From the NCBI GenBank assembly GCA_002269645.1, contig NIVC01003337.1:1-64000 (forward strand): a stretch of 64,000 bases of DNA, read 5' to 3'. This DNA comes from Macrostomum lignano (taxonomy: Eukaryota). The stretch's first letter is position 1. Every line of letters begins with the position of its first letter. The notes beneath the pieces were generated by a model. That model was not told the DNA's origin. It searched no databases and worked only from the letters and a program-made list of their open reading frames with translations. Positions 12,899-27,100 of the stretch are shown piece after piece. The position numbers and the translations under genes were made by a program.

Positions 12899-15810
12899 AT
12901 GTCATTTGGAGGATTTAAAGAGTTCTTTAATCGAGAAAAGGTATGAAAATTGAATGCTGTTTTGCTCATGGCTTTCTTGAATTTTTTAAATTAATTATAT
13001 TTATACCATCTTTCAGTCAGATGCAGTGTGCAATTAATTTTATTTAATTTGCTTGATCTTAACGAATGGGCATGATCAGCTTCATTTATAAATTGCAACT
13101 ATTTGTGTCAAGTATCTTTTAACAAAAGTACATATAGGCTCAGAAATTTGTCTTCCCCGACTTAAGTATGGCTATGCTATTTTATATTTAAATTACTTCA
13201 AATAGAATTTTTAACAAGTCTGAGTTTTTAGACAATGCATTGATACTGATATGCTTTTTACCTTTATGCAGCCTTTAACTGGTTAACTGTGTAAGATTTG
13301 TAGATATAAACTTGCTTAGCTTAGCTTTATTGATCTAGATATCACATTATTGGCGTTGTAATGGCTATAGCCCTCAAAATGGCCGTTTGACAAGAGTACT
13401 GACGTTATTAGTCCTAAAACAATGGTGAACTCAACAATGGCAGAGTAGAGTTTGTAGCGGTAGCACTTGGCAATGGCGGTATATAACAAAAGACACCAAC
13501 TGGGTTATAATTATCAATGTGTAATGTTAATACAAAAGCTTATGGCGTTATGGGGCACTGGGGGCTGCAACAATGGTCTGATGTAATTTAGTGGTATAGA
13601 TGACAGTTGAGTAGATGATGATACTTGGGATGAAGCCGAGTAGCAAGTGATGGCTATGAGCACAGTGATGGCAGGGAGTAACAAGTAGGCAACAGATAAA
13701 GTGGCAAGATTGGGCATTGGCCCATGGCAGTATACAGTGGAGCAAGAGTGCGTAGACAGTCTGGCCCAGATAGAGTGGAGCCGTGGCGAGAGATAAGGAG
13801 AGAGAAGGAAGGAAAGGAAGGCATGCCAGAACAAAGGAAAGAAACGAAGGAGCGCCAGGACAGAAGTGAAAAAAACCCCCAGCCCGCCACCAGGCAGGGT
13901 TAATAAAGGAGCGCAGGAGGGTTAGCATAATATATGCAGAGAGTTATCATTGGCTGGCGCAGGAAAACAAGAAACAGAAATTATCGATCGCGTGAGACCA
14001 TATAGGCTTACGCAAAGCTTACAAAGTACGCAGTGAATTAGCAATTGATACAGATTAGTTGCGTGCTACTACAAGTAAATGTGAGAATACACAATTGGAA
14101 ATTTTAAATGAGAAATTGTAAGGAAAATTGTAGTCCAATGGCCCCTTTGTGAGACCATTTTAAACTAGCAACATCACATAGATTTTTATTAAAATTTTTA
14201 ACTTTAGAAACAAGATTTTTGCAGAAGTAGACTGAGCTTAATAACATATTGATATATTATTGATATAGTATAGTGATATAGTTATAGTATTGATTGGTTA
14301 TAGTGCTACTTTACTTAGGTTTTATATCTATAGTATAAAGTGCAATATTGTCATCAGTATTACTATTTTTTAGATTTGTTAAGCTACTTATATTTTGTCA
14401 TTGATTTTTGTAAATTTTGAATAACATGCATATGTATAAATTGGTTCTAATATAGCATGTTTATAAAACCTATTTTCTAAAACTTTCAAAAGACTATATT
14501 AGAAGTTTCAATTTGAATGTAGAAATTTGTACACTTATTTTTTAAAAGTTCAAATTACTTCATTCTAATTAATAATATTAACATCTATATTAGATCTTCT
14601 ATCTATGGTTTATATAGATAGCATAAGGATAATAAATGATTTTTATTGTTTAAGTTCTAATTTGATACTTTAATGTCCTTTCTCATCAGCATGCAAAAAC
14701 CAAATACAGCTGCAACAATTCCAAATAAAACCAACAGACCTTCAAGCCCCAGAAGAAGTACAAGGAGGGCACACTTCGCCACCAGCTGCACAAGAACGCT
14801 ATGGCGTCTCTCAGCGCCGGCATCGATCTGAAAACTGCGGTGCAGCTGCCGCAGGGCGAGGATCTCAACGATTGGCTTGCAGTGCACGCTGTGGACTTCT
14901 ACAACCGGGTGAATCTGATCTACGGCACGGTGGCGGAGGAGTGCACGGAGGTCAGCTGCCCCAAGATGAGCGGCGGCTCCAAGTACGAGTACCAGTGGGC
15001 TGACAAGGGCCAGTACAAGAAGCCGACCTCCCTGCCTGCCAGGGAGTACATCCACCTGCTCATGGACTGGGTTGAGACGCAGATCAGCGACGAGGAACTT
15101 TTCCCCACCGACTCCAGCCGGCCGTTTCCCAAGACCTACTTGGCCAGCGTTAAGAAGATTTTCACTCGCTTATTTCGAGTCTTTGTTCACGTCTATATTC
15201 ACCACTTTGAGCACCTGGTGTCTGTTGGCGCCGTGAGTACTTGGGCGTTCAATTTCGGACATCTGGTATCAAGCGTTGCCTTCATTGACATAAGTTGTGC
15301 CGGCCATCCCAAGCTGCTTGACACTAGGGAGTGGCTCCCCAAACCCTACCCAAGGCAGTTCGTTCCCTCACTAACTGTGTTAACTGTTGACACTTTTACC
15401 TAAAAGCTCAGCCACATTAATTTGGGCCTCGTGCGCATCAATTGGCCTGGGGGTTTGTCGTGTGATTTCCGCCTGTGTGAAAGTCAAGGCCATTGAACAC
15501 TCCGTGTGGATGCGTGCTTGCGTACAAACCACCGTGTTCACGTTTGACATCGTTTGAAACGTACTTTATTGAACTTTCAACAATAATTATTTTTCAGGAA
15601 GCTCACGTGAATACCTGCTACAAGCACTTTTTCTACTTTGTGAACGAGTTCGCTCTGGTGGACAAGAAGGAACTGGAGCCGTTGGTGAGTCCTCATGTTT
15701 GACTGACAGGCGGAGCTATCTGCACTTATCCTGCTGTCCAGTAAATTGAACGAAACAAACATATGCGGTCTTAATTGCAGAAGGACATGACCATGAGAAT
15801 GTGCCGGTAA
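12899..15810 (+). CDS. MOB3: MOB kinase activator 3, 217 aa, 4 coding exons
   Basis: Exons 12899-12940, 14738-15232, 15598-15684 and 15781-15810, all GT-AG and phase 0. They give [21 protein letters not shown]...[23 protein letters not shown]...[13 protein letters not shown]...[11 protein letters not shown]...[15 protein letters not shown]. This matches the MOB3 subfamily. Confidence 0.95.
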
Positions 15811-16344
15811 AGAGACCTGTCTATTACTGACTTACTGAGTGTAGTGTGCAATAATCCTGATAGTCAAGTGGTTGGTGGATAATTGAATATCAGTTTGCAA
15901 AAGTGCAATAAACGTTTTTTTGCATGCGATGTTAAAGTTTAATCCAGATTTACTCATTTATCATTATGAATCGTGTTTGATAACTTACGCAGACTTTTGT
16001 TTGTTAAAAACATTCGACAGAGAAGATTGCATGCGGTCAGTCAGTATTTAATTGTGAAATGGTTTTGTATTCAATTATTTATTGCCAATATTTACAGGCT
16101 GAGAAATCGCCAGCTGAGTCTAATATTCTTCCAAAGAAGAAATTCCTTCTTTATTTTGTTAAATCCTTCCGTTTAACTCTATTCGTTTTTCTCAGTAAAG
16201 CAATTTCGAAAATTTTTGTCTGCTAAATTTACGACTCATTCTTCAATATACATCGGTGCAATGCGTTTTGACAACTTTTTAAAATAAAAATTCGTGATAA
16301 TGATTCTATTAAGTGCTCTTCTTAGTTCCTGTTTTGTTTATTTG

Positions 16345-17330
16345 GTCTTGGGTCACAGCGTTGAATTCTGAGGAACTGAGAGTTGGGTCACAGCGGGGAA
16401 TGCTGAGGAACTGAGAGTTGGGTCATTGCGGGGAATGCTGAGGAACTGAGAGTTGGGTCACAGCGTTGAATTCTGAGGAACTGAGAGTTGGGTCACAGCG
16501 TTGAATTCCGAGAAACTGAGAGTTGGGTCATTGCGGGGAATGCTGAGGAACTGAGGGTTGGGTCATTGCGGGAAATGCCGAGGAACTGAGAGTTGGGTCA
16601 TTGCGGGGAATGCTGAGGAACTGAGAGTTGGGTCACTGTGGGGAATGCTGAGGAACTGAGAGTTGGGTCATTGCGGGGAATGCTGAGGAACTGAGAGTTG
16701 GGTCATTGCAGGGAATGCTGAGGAACTGAGAGTTGGGTCATTGCGGGGAATGCTGAGGAACTGAGAGTTGGGTCATTGCGGGGAATGCTGAGGAACTGAG
16801 AGTTGGGTCATTGCGGGGAATGCTGAGGAACTGAGAGTTGGGTCATTGCAGGGAATGCTGAGGAACTGAGAGTTGGGTCACTGCGGGGAATGCTGAGGAA
16901 CTGAGAGTTGGGGCATTGCGGGGAATGCTGAGGAACTGAGAGTTGGGTCATTGCGGGGAATGCTGAGGAACTGAGAGTTTGGGTCACAGCTGAATTCCGA
17001 GAAACTGAGAGTTGGGTCATTGCGGGGAATGCTGATCGAGGAACTGATGGCTGTATCATTGCGGGGAATGCTGAGGAACTGAAGGTTGGGTCATTGCGGG
17101 GAATGCTGATCGAGGAACTGATGGCTGTATCATTACGGGGAATGCTGAGGAACTGAAGGTTGGGTCATTGCAGGGAATGCTGAGGAACTGAAGGTTGGGT
17201 CATTGCAGGGAATGCTGAGGAACTGAAGATTGGGTCATTGCAGGGACTGCTGAGGAACTGAAAGTTGAGTCATTGCAAGGAATGCTGGGGAACTGGGGGT
17301 TTGGGGCATTGCTGAGTAACTGAGGGTCGC
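16345..17330. repeat. 35-nt minisatellite (gggtcattgcggggaatgctgaggaactgagagtt)
   Basis: About 28 tandem copies. Confidence 0.92.
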
Positions 17331-19072
17331 CTGTGCCCGAGATGCGCCCGTGACGCTGTTGAATCTGCTGTCACAGCTGCCGCTCCCATGCAGCTCCATT
17401 ATTGCTTCCCCTGCCGCTATAGCGATCCGTTTGCTGGATGGATCGTTAAGGCGGTGCCGATCCGCTTTAGATAGGATATGCCGCTTTTGGCGGTGGCGGC
17501 GAAGCGCCGGTTCTTCGCCAAAAGATTTCTGTCAGCGCAGTCTGTCATGCCAGGCCGATTCGTTTTGCTTTGGCAAGGCGGCAGATGATCGGTCTCGATC
17601 AGCAACGCCAAGACGAACCCGTGCAGCAATCAGTCTTAGCTCACTGCGTAGAAAAAATTGTAACAGATCTGATATAGCACTACATGTAAAAACTATGAGT
17701 TGAGCGCTGTGCCAATTATGATCTGAGGCGCACGACGTGGGTAGGATTTAAAATAAACACAGAATCCTTATTTTATAAATAAAAAACTCTATGAATATCA
17801 ATCGAGCTACATGTACATGTATAAAGAAAGGCCGCAAAAAACATTGGGTCATGCCTCCTTTCATGCATAAAGCAATAAGAATTTTTGTACTGAAAAATTA
17901 CGAAAACAGCTATATCTCCCTAATGTCTTTTAGGGTAAAACCTGCAGCCTCCTAAATTTACCAAGAAACGTATGTAGTTTTCCGTCCTAACTTAAGTAGT
18001 CCTTGGACAGCGGCCCAGTTTCCGATGCCGTTGGATTGCTATGTTGAATACATGTACATGTACAGGTAATAATACATGTAGTTAGCTAAGAGTGCATACA
18101 ATTTGTATATAAACCAGCTGTGTTTTTTGGCACGAAAGAGAGAATCAAAATCTAAATGATAAAACCTTTGAATGTGAAATTTCGACGGTTAAAAATTCCG
18201 TGTCGTGAAATTTTTATGCTGAATGTATGTTGTTTATGTTGAATGTTTATTTTGAATTTGAATTTTGAATTATTTTGAATTTATGTTGAATGTAAATTCG
18301 CTCAAAGTTCAAAATTTTCGGCGTTATGAACCTTTGAAGTTTGAAACACGTAAACAAACATATATGTTCATTTTTAGCAGTTAAGAACTAGTTTTTGCAG
18401 ATATAAAATCTTCTTTTACAATAATAGTATTAGAATCTTGTTTAAAGTTTGTTAAAACAAGCTAATTTTTGTCCGTTATTTAAGTTTATTTCTTTCTGAA
18501 AAAGCAGTTTTCGTTTTCAACATTTTGAGTTATCGTGTTGATAAAATAGATTCTTTAGCAAAATCTAAACGCAAAGATGCTGATTTTAATTAGGTTTTAT
18601 AAGCTTGTTTTGTTCTTCTAAAAGTATTAAATATCGCAGATCCATTCATTACTCTCAGGTAGAATGAGTTCAGATCAGATCTTAGGTAGAATGAGTTCAG
18701 ACTACAGACAAGACAGTTAAGATGGTGACCAAAATTGCGTTTGTTGATTGATTTCATGCCGCATGTACACTGCTTTATGTGATATTCTAATACTCTAGAA
18801 AAGAGCCATTATCATATTTTGTGTTAAGTTCTGTTTAGTTAGTAATATTATACTGAAATCCTTTCTGTATTGTCTGTATTATTAGTTATATTCTGTAATT
18901 ATTAATATATTATATTCCACCATATTTTCTACTGGTATCTAGAGTAGTATAATATAAAAGTATTCTTTCAATAAAAATACTTATAATGTAATTCCAAGTT
19001 AGCAAAGGAAAATATTATCTATTGTCTATTTATACTTTTTAGCAATCATATACATCAACTATTATTAGGTTA

Positions 19073-21178
19073 GGAAGGTGTCCAGTGTATGCTAGAATTT
19101 TTTGGGCAAAAATTTAGGTGTATACCAAATACGCCAAAAATTGGAAATGTGACTTGTCATATATGCCAAAATTTAAAAATTATGCAAATTTACTTTTCTT
19201 TTGCAACAATAAAGAACATTTTTTCTATTGTTATATTTAATATTTATAAACATTATATTTATAGCAAACATTATCACATTCAATTAATATTTTCATTTTT
19301 TATTTGCACTCCCATTTCCTCTTTTAAACTACTTACATATTTCTTTGAAATGTTTCACCTTTTGTTATAGAAACTAATAATAAATAATTGTTTATGTATT
19401 TAGTTCCCCTTTCCCCTTTCCCATCTCCCCTTCTCCCTTCTGCCAGCTTCACCCTAGCCCATCATGGCAACTTCTACACTGGCCCGATCACTGCTGTGAA
19501 AGCTACCAAGGCGCTGAAGAGCATACACGCTGACACTGCCTATGGAGTTGACCGAGTGCCTTCCAGGGTTCTGCAGTTGTCAGAGCTTACAGACAGCATT
19601 ACTAGCATCCTGAACAAGTACTGCTGTCTTGGCGGCGACCCAGCTGCTATAGCTGCCCCCCTCTGGTGTACTTCAAGAATTGTCTCTATCCCAAAGAAGG
19701 GCACCTCCACGAGCCTTGAAAACCAACGCGGCATCGCATTGGAGTGCACGTTGCCAAAGCTGCTGAATGTAGTGTTGCGCAATCGGCTCCTCCCTGTCCT
19801 GAACTCGCTGCTGCTCGAGCTCCAAAGCGGCTTTAGGCCTGGCAGATCCACCATGGAGCAGATTGTGGCCATTCAGTGCATTGTCAAAACCTGCAAGACT
19901 CGTCGTCGAGCCGTGTCTATCGTCTTTGTTGACTTCCGGAAGGCCTTCTACTCTGTCAGCAGGATGGCTTTAGCCTGGCTCCTGGCTCATTACGGCGTCC
20001 CCGACACCCTGGTGACGGCAGATATGAACCTGTACCACAACTCAAAGGCGTTTGTTGATTCTAGCGATGGCCCTACGGTCGAGTTTGATACCACTTCCGG
20101 GGTGCTCCAAGGGGACACGCTATCTCCCCTGCTTTTCATTCTGGCTGTTGTGTTGACTACATCCTGCGCCGCTGCCTTCGTGATAACAACAGCTTTGTCC
20201 TTGCGCCTCAGAGTAGCTCCCGCCACACTGCCGTGATGCTCCCAGCCCTCGCCTACGCTGATGACATCGCGCTGCTGTGCCGAGACTTTGTAGCAGCTCA
20301 GCACGCTCTTACTCAACTCTCCGAGGAAGGTGCTCGGATCGGCCTGCAGATTAACGCAGGCAAGACGGAGGTGCTACACGTGGGTGCTGACAATGCCCCA
20401 CCACTGACCCTGCCCAACGGCGAGGCCATCTCAACGTGCAGCGACTTCCGCTACCTAGGCACCCTCGTGATGAGCCCAGAGGCGATCATCATGGACAGGA
20501 AGACCCAGGCCTTGTGCGCCATGCATCACCTCAGGCCGATCTTCACCTCCGGAGCGCGTGACGACCTGAAGATCCACCTGTCCCGCGCCGCCGTAGAGCC
20601 GATCCTTCTCTACGACATGGAGGCTGTCCCGATGACAACCACGCGCGAGCGGGCCCTGGACGCGATGCACCGCAACCTGCTGCGCAAGGCGCTGGGCGTG
20701 CGCTACCCGGCCGTCCTCCCGACGGCCCAGCTGATGGCGAGATCGAAATCTCCGTCCCTCAGCGCCACCCTCCGCCGGCGCCGCCAGGCCCTGCTGGGAC
20801 ACTGCCTGCGGTGGTTCGCCCGCGATGACGACAACCCGCTCGGACTGGCCGTTCTGCACCCGCCGACCGAATGGTTCCGCCGCGGCCAAGGGCGGACCCA
20901 GACGCTCCCGGAGACACTTGTTGCCGACCTGGAGGCAATTGGACTGACCCCCAGACTGCTGCGACCTGCCCTGCCCCTCTTTTTTGCAATCGTGTACGCA
21001 CTAGCGCCCCCCGACCCTAGCGTTGTTGTAATGGAATGTAATGTAATTACAGAAACTGGAGGGTACTTGCACCTATTTTCAAGTTGCTTTTTATACCACT
21101 TTTGTACCAAATATGCATGCCAATGAACTATGTGGGGCTAATGTAGGCCAGAAAATTCTAGAATACGGGACACCTTCC
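19073..21178. mobile_element. Non-autonomous DNA-transposon-like element with ~35-bp imperfect terminal inverted repeats and TA flanks
   Basis: Left end ta|ggaaggtgtccagtgtatgctagaattttttgg. Right end ccagaaaattctagaatacgggacaccttcc|ta. Confidence 0.6.
19400..21030 (+). mobile_element. 5'-truncated, frameshifted non-LTR retrotransposon (RTE-like LINE) reverse transcriptase
   Basis: Motifs RGIAL, QSGFRPGRST, FVDFRKAF, GVLQGDTLSPLLF, YADD and FRYLG. Frameshift near 20150 from a short gtgtt duplication. Short tgtaa-type tail near 21030. Confidence 0.9.
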
Positions 21179-21686
21179 TAACTATGGCATACACTATCGC
21201 AGATTCATATCTAGTCAATAAGTCATATATCACATGCACTTGTGCCCCCAGTCACCCCTATGCCTTTGCCATTGCCAACACACAAATGCCACCTAAGCCA
21301 AGGCTTGAAAATTAGTCTAGTGTAACTAATCTAGATGACTATCATAATTTTTATCCAACTAATAAAGACTAGGTGCCTTTTGGGAGTATTAGAGCTAATA
21401 ATCACTTTTGCAACCTACATCTATACCCATTTTTGGAAGTGAGGGACCCAGCTACATATCATCTGCCTACTTGGTGTAGCTATCTAGGCCAGAAATATCT
21501 TAGTACAATTATTGCTGCTCACACCTATGCCAATGCAAGCTATCTGCAGGAAGCCCACAGGGTTTTAATTTTTGCTTTTTATACCCTCTCTCTTTTCATA
21601 TATCTTGGGTTAAGAGCTGCACATTTGAGTTTTATTGCTAAAATTTTATATGTTTTAGCAACTATTTTAATTTTATCCATGCTTAG

Positions 21687-21842
21687 GCGCAAACTTGGGA
21701 TTCACTTGGCCGTTTCTATTGGCAACACATACATGTAAGTCGCTATGGGACAGAATAGTAGTCACATGACTGCTCTCAGCCAATAGCAACTTACATGTGT
21801 GTGTTGCCAATAGAAATGGCCGGGTGATTCCCAAGGTTGCGC
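21687..21842. repeat. ~60-bp inverted repeat with a ~36-nt spacer (MITE-like hairpin)
   Basis: gcgcaaacttgggattcacttggccgtttctattggcaacacatacatgtaagtcgctat pairs with atagcaacttacatgtgtgtgttgccaatagaaatggccgggtgattcccaaggttgcgc, with about 7 mismatches. Confidence 0.75.
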
Positions 21843-22207
21843 ATGTATGATATTACCTTTGTAATAATATATTTGAAACTATGTTTATTATGAAACAAGT
21901 TTAAAGTAGTTTTTTCATTACTTCATTATTTATTAATTTTTGTCATTTCAAATAGGTATTAAGGTTTAGTATTTGTATATTTAAACAAAATTTTAATGTA
22001 ATCAGTTATAAAAATAATACTATTGTATAAACTAGAATATGGTATAATATAAATAAGAAATTAATGAATATTTTTATATGTAAAGCCTTATTTTAAACTT
22101 GCTTATATTCCTAGGAAATAATTTATCTTGTATTTTATTTTTATAATCTTTTTTAAATTGATTTCTCTCAATAAAAAAATTAATATTCTATCCTTAACTT
22201 CATGTGA

Positions 22208-23839
22208 ATGGAGCCAGACAATATAGGCCCTAGTAGCAGTGCTACTGGGTCCATTGTTAGAATTTTCCCTCATAAAAAATTTGGATTCATCAAAGTCAAG
22301 CAGCGCCAAAGCAAGGAGCCTGGAATTGGCAAAGAGAACTCCGAATATAATGAAATCAGTGACTACCATTTTCACTACTCAAATCTCATTGGCTATGGTG
22401 ATATCCTTCAGCCTAAAATTGCTGATCGCATAAGCTTCATACCCAAAGAGGGCAGCAAGAAGCCAGATGGAAGCGGCGAGGCCAAGCCGTATGCACAAAA
22501 GCCAACCCTGATCAGCTTGGCTCGCCGCAACCCTGAAGAGTGGCAGGCTGCCCTCACCATCTGCCTGGATCTCCTGCATGCTGCTGCAGCTGAAGATGAT
22601 GATGATGTGGCTGAGAAAAATGAGGAGGCATTGGTGGCTGCAGTGCGGTGCGAGCCGCTCTGGCAGGAACTCACTGCTCGCGAGGTCGACTTGAAGGTAT
22701 GCGGCTTAAACGTTTGACTTTTTCCAGTTTAATGAATGAAGACGCCGTCATCTACCCCTCACCGCCTCCACCCCTCACCGCCTCCACCCCTCACCGCCTC
22801 CACCCCTCACCGCCTCCACCCCTCACCGCCTCCACACCTCACCGCCTCCACCCCTCACCGCCTCCACCCCTTTCTGCCTCCACCCCTTACTGCCCCCACC
22901 CCTTTCTGCCTCCACCCCTTACTGCCTCCACCCCTTTCTGCCTCCACCCCTTACTGCCTCCACCCCTTACTGCCTTCACCCCTTACTGCCTCCACCCCTT
23001 ACTGCCTCCACCCCTTACTGCCTCCACCCCTTTCTGCCTCCACCCCTTTCTGCCTCCACCCCTTTCTGCCTCCACCCCTCACCGCCTCCACCCCTCACCG
23101 CCTCCACCCCTTTCTGCCTCCACCCCTTAATGCCTCCACCCCTTACTGCCTTCACCCCTTACTGCCTCCACCCCTCACCGCCTCCACCCCTCACCGCCTC
23201 CACCCCTTACTACCTCCACCCCTCACCGCCTCCACCCTTCACCGCCGCCTCCACCCCTCACCGCCTGCACCCCTCACCGCCGCCTCCACCCTCACTGCCT
23301 CCACCCGCAGACGGCCCGCTCCCTGTGCCGGCTGTCCCTGGGTCTGAACCGGCCACCCCTGCGCCGCCGCGGCCTGCTGCCGAACTTTCTGGACCGCTGC
23401 CTGTCTGCCGGCGGCACGCAGGCTCCTGCCGAATTTTTCACTCCGCTGTTCGAAAGCGCCGCCGAGGGAAAGTCCAAGGACCGCCGGCTGATGCTGGACT
23501 ACCTCAGGCTGTGCCTGGACCTGGCCAAGAGCTGCAGCGTGCCAGCGATGCTGCGCCTCTTGGAGCCGCTAGTGGTCGGCGCCGATGACCCTGAAGGAGC
23601 GACGCGCACCAGCCAGGGTCTGCTGCTGGAGCTACTGCGGCTGTCGGTGGCGCCCGAAGGCAGCGAGCAGCTCCGGCTTCCGTGGCGCCGGCTGCCCGTG
23701 GTGCCCACCGCCTTCGAGATGGAAGGCCGCGGCTCCGCCGTGTCCGAGTTTCTGCTGCCGGTTCGAGCGCGGGGAGCCTATGAAGATGTGGAAGACTACT
23801 GCAACACCTATTTCAGGTGCGCGGCTGTCTGGCTGTCTC

Positions 23840-23872
<33 letters not shown>

Positions 23873-23917
23873 GTCTGTCTGCCTGTCTGTGTCTGTCTGT
23901 CTGTCTGCCTGTCTGTA

Positions 23918-23956
<39 letters not shown>

Positions 23957-24097
23957 GCCTGTCTGCCTGTCTGTCTGTCTGTCTCTGTCTGTCTGCCTGT
24001 CTGTGTCTGTCTGTCTGTCTGCCTGTCTGTGTCTGTCTGTCTGTCTGTCTGTCTGTCTGCCTGTCTGCCTGTCTGTCTGTCTGTCTGTCTGTCTGCC

Positions 24098-24143
<46 letters not shown>

Positions 24144-27100
24144 CTTACTTTTATTTGAAAAATCATAGTTATTCATACTACGATACATATCGTTAGTCCA
24201 GCTAACACAGCATTTCCGCCTTCCGCAGGCTATTCCGAGCCGACTGCTTCGACCGGGTTGTCAAGGGCACTCGCGCCTGGCAGCGCGGCGAGCTGGAAAG
24301 TCGGGACATGTCGGTCTACACCGCGGTGCGCCTGTGCGGAGTCCGCCTGAGCAGCAGCTGCGGCGGCTCCTGGCCGATGACCCTCGGCCTTCGGTTCCGC
24401 CTCGGCAACGGTGACCAGGTGGAGCGCTGGGACCGCAGCTCCAAGCTGCTGCCCGGCAATCTGCTGTGCATCTCCCCGGATGCGAACTTCGACCCGGCCC
24501 AGATGCTGTGGGCCACCGTGGCCTTTCGCGACTCCAAGCAGCTGCAGCGGGAGTCGGTGATCTGGATCGAGCTGTGCAGCGACTGCAACCCCGTTAGCGA
24601 TGTGCAAGCCTTCCAGAGCATGCTGGCCAGGTGAGACTGGGTGCGGCAGATGCTTTTGTGGCTGTTGTGAGGTTGTAAGGGTTTAACACCTGCATAATGG
24701 GATCTCTGATTAGGGATTAATAAATACATGATGGGATCTCTGATTAGGGATTAACACCTGCATGATGGGATCTCTGATTAGGGATTAGCACCTGCATGAT
24801 AGGATATCTGATTAGGGATTAACACCTGCATGATAGGATCTCTGATTAGGGATTAACACCTGCATGATGGGATCTCTGATTAGGGATTAACACCTGCATG
24901 ATGGGATCTTGTGATTAGGGATTAATAAATGCATGATGGGATCTCTGATTAAGGGATTAACACCTGCATAATGGGATCTTTGATTAGGGATTAACACCTG
25001 CATGAAGGGATCTTGTGATAAGGGATTAATAAATGCATGATGAGATCTCTGATTAGGGATTGACACCTGCATGATGGGATCTCTGATTAGGGATTAACAC
25101 CTGCATGATAGGATCTCTGATTAGGGATTAACACCTGCATGATAGGATCTCTGATTAGGGATTAACACCTGCATAATGGGATCTCTGATTAGGGATTAAC
25201 ACCTGCATGATGGGATCTCTGATTAGGGATTAACACCTGCATAATGGGATCTTTGATTAGGGATTAACACCTGCATGATGGGATCTTGTGATAAGGGATT
25301 AATAAATGCATGATGGGATCTCTGATTAGGGATTGACACCTGCATGATGGGATCTCTGATTAGGGATTAACACCTGCATGATGGGATCTCTGATTAGGGA
25401 TTAACACCTGCATGATAGGATCTCTGATTAGGGATTAACACCTGCATAATGGGATCTATGATTAGGGATTAACACCTGCATTAATGGGATCTCTGATTAG
25501 GGATTAACACCTGCATGATGGGAACTCTGATTAAGGGATTAACACCTGCATGATAGGATATCTGATTAGGGATTAACACCTGCATTAATGGGATCTCTGA
25601 TTAGGGATTAACACCTGCATGATGGGATCTCTGATGAGTGCAGGGTCTAGACATAAAGCAACAGTAGCATGAGAGCCCGGCCATTTGACCCGACCACTGC
25701 CCCCCCCCCGCCGCAGGCAGTCATCCGGGATGCTCATGGCGGAGTCGCCCACCCTGTTCAAGGCCTGCGAGCCTGTGCTCCGCAGTCTGCAGCAGTTCCA
25801 GGCTGACCGGCTGCCCTTCGCCGAGGTGCTCTCCGCCGCCCAGGTGAATCGAGCTCGCGACCTACCAGACTACGTGGCGCGCTATTACAGCGCCAAGCCG
25901 GCGCCGCCGCGCCTGCCCAGCCTGGACATCGGGCAGGAGCTGAAGCTGGACAGCAGCCAGGCCGCAGCCTTCTCCAACGCCCTGCACAGGCGGCTGGCCA
26001 TCATCCAGGGTCCGCCGGGCACCGGCAAGAGCCGCCTCGGGGTGCTCATCGTCCGCCAGCTGACCGCGCTGCCCACCTTCCGCCCGCCGGCCCTGGTGCT
26101 GGCCTACAAGAACCGCGCCCTCGACGATTTCTTGTCGGATCTGCTGCAGCACTTTCCCGCCGACCAGGTGCTGCGGGTTGGCGGCCGCTGCAGCCGCAAG
26201 GAGCTGGACAAGATCAGCCTGGCCGCGCTGCTGGCTGGCGCCGAGGGCGCCAGCGCCCGTGGGGTGCAGCTGAGGCAGGTGAGAAATGACGGCGTTGTAA
26301 TAAACTTAACCCAGCTCAACGTAATAAACCTAATCAGTGATACAGTCAGTGACAGTCCGTGACACAGTCAGTGACACAACCAGTGACAAAATTAGTGACA
26401 ATCAGTGACACAATCAGTGACACAATTAGTGACAATCAGTGACACAATCAGTGACACAATTAGTGAAACAGTCAGTGATACAGGCAGTGACACAGTCAGT
26501 TACACAGCTAGTGACACAATCAGTGACAATCATCGACTCAGTCAGTGATACAGTCAGTGACACAGTCAGTGACACAATCAGTCTTACAGTTAATGACACA
26601 ATTAGTGACACAGTGACACATCAGTGACCTAATCAGTGACACATCGGTGAGACAATCAGTGACACCGTCAGTGACACTATCAGTGACACATTCAGTGAGA
26701 CAATCATTGACACAGTCAGTGATACAATCAGTCTTACTGTCAATGACACAATTAGTGACACAGTGACACATCAGTGACCTAATCAGTGACACATCGGTGA
26801 GACAATCAGTGACACCGTCAGTGACACTATCAGTGACACATTCAGTGAGACAATCATTGACACAGTCAGTGACACAATCAGTCTTACTGTCAGTGACACA
26901 ATTAGTGACACAGTGACACATCAGTGACCTAATCAGTGACACATCGGTGAGACAATCAGTGACACCGAAAAAAAAGTGACACAGTGACACAGTCGATGAA
27001 ATAGTCAGTGATTGAGTGAATGAGTCAGTGACACAACAAGTGACACAGTTACTGACAATCAGTGCCGCACGGATCCCGCAGGTGTCAGAGGAGCAGGATC

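Noticed and set aside
13514-13928. Overlapping minus-strand ORFs in MOB3 intron 1
   Set aside because: Low-complexity and hydrophobic in all frames with no domain signature. Possibly unclassified repeat DNA.
17350-17703. GC-rich island with short ORFs after the 35-nt array
   Set aside because: No recognisable motifs, the most plausible frame has an internal stop, and no splice partners were found.
24670-25635. Interstitial telomere (TTAGGG)
   Set aside because: There is only one hexamer per 34-nt unit, so this is not a (TTAGGG)n tract.
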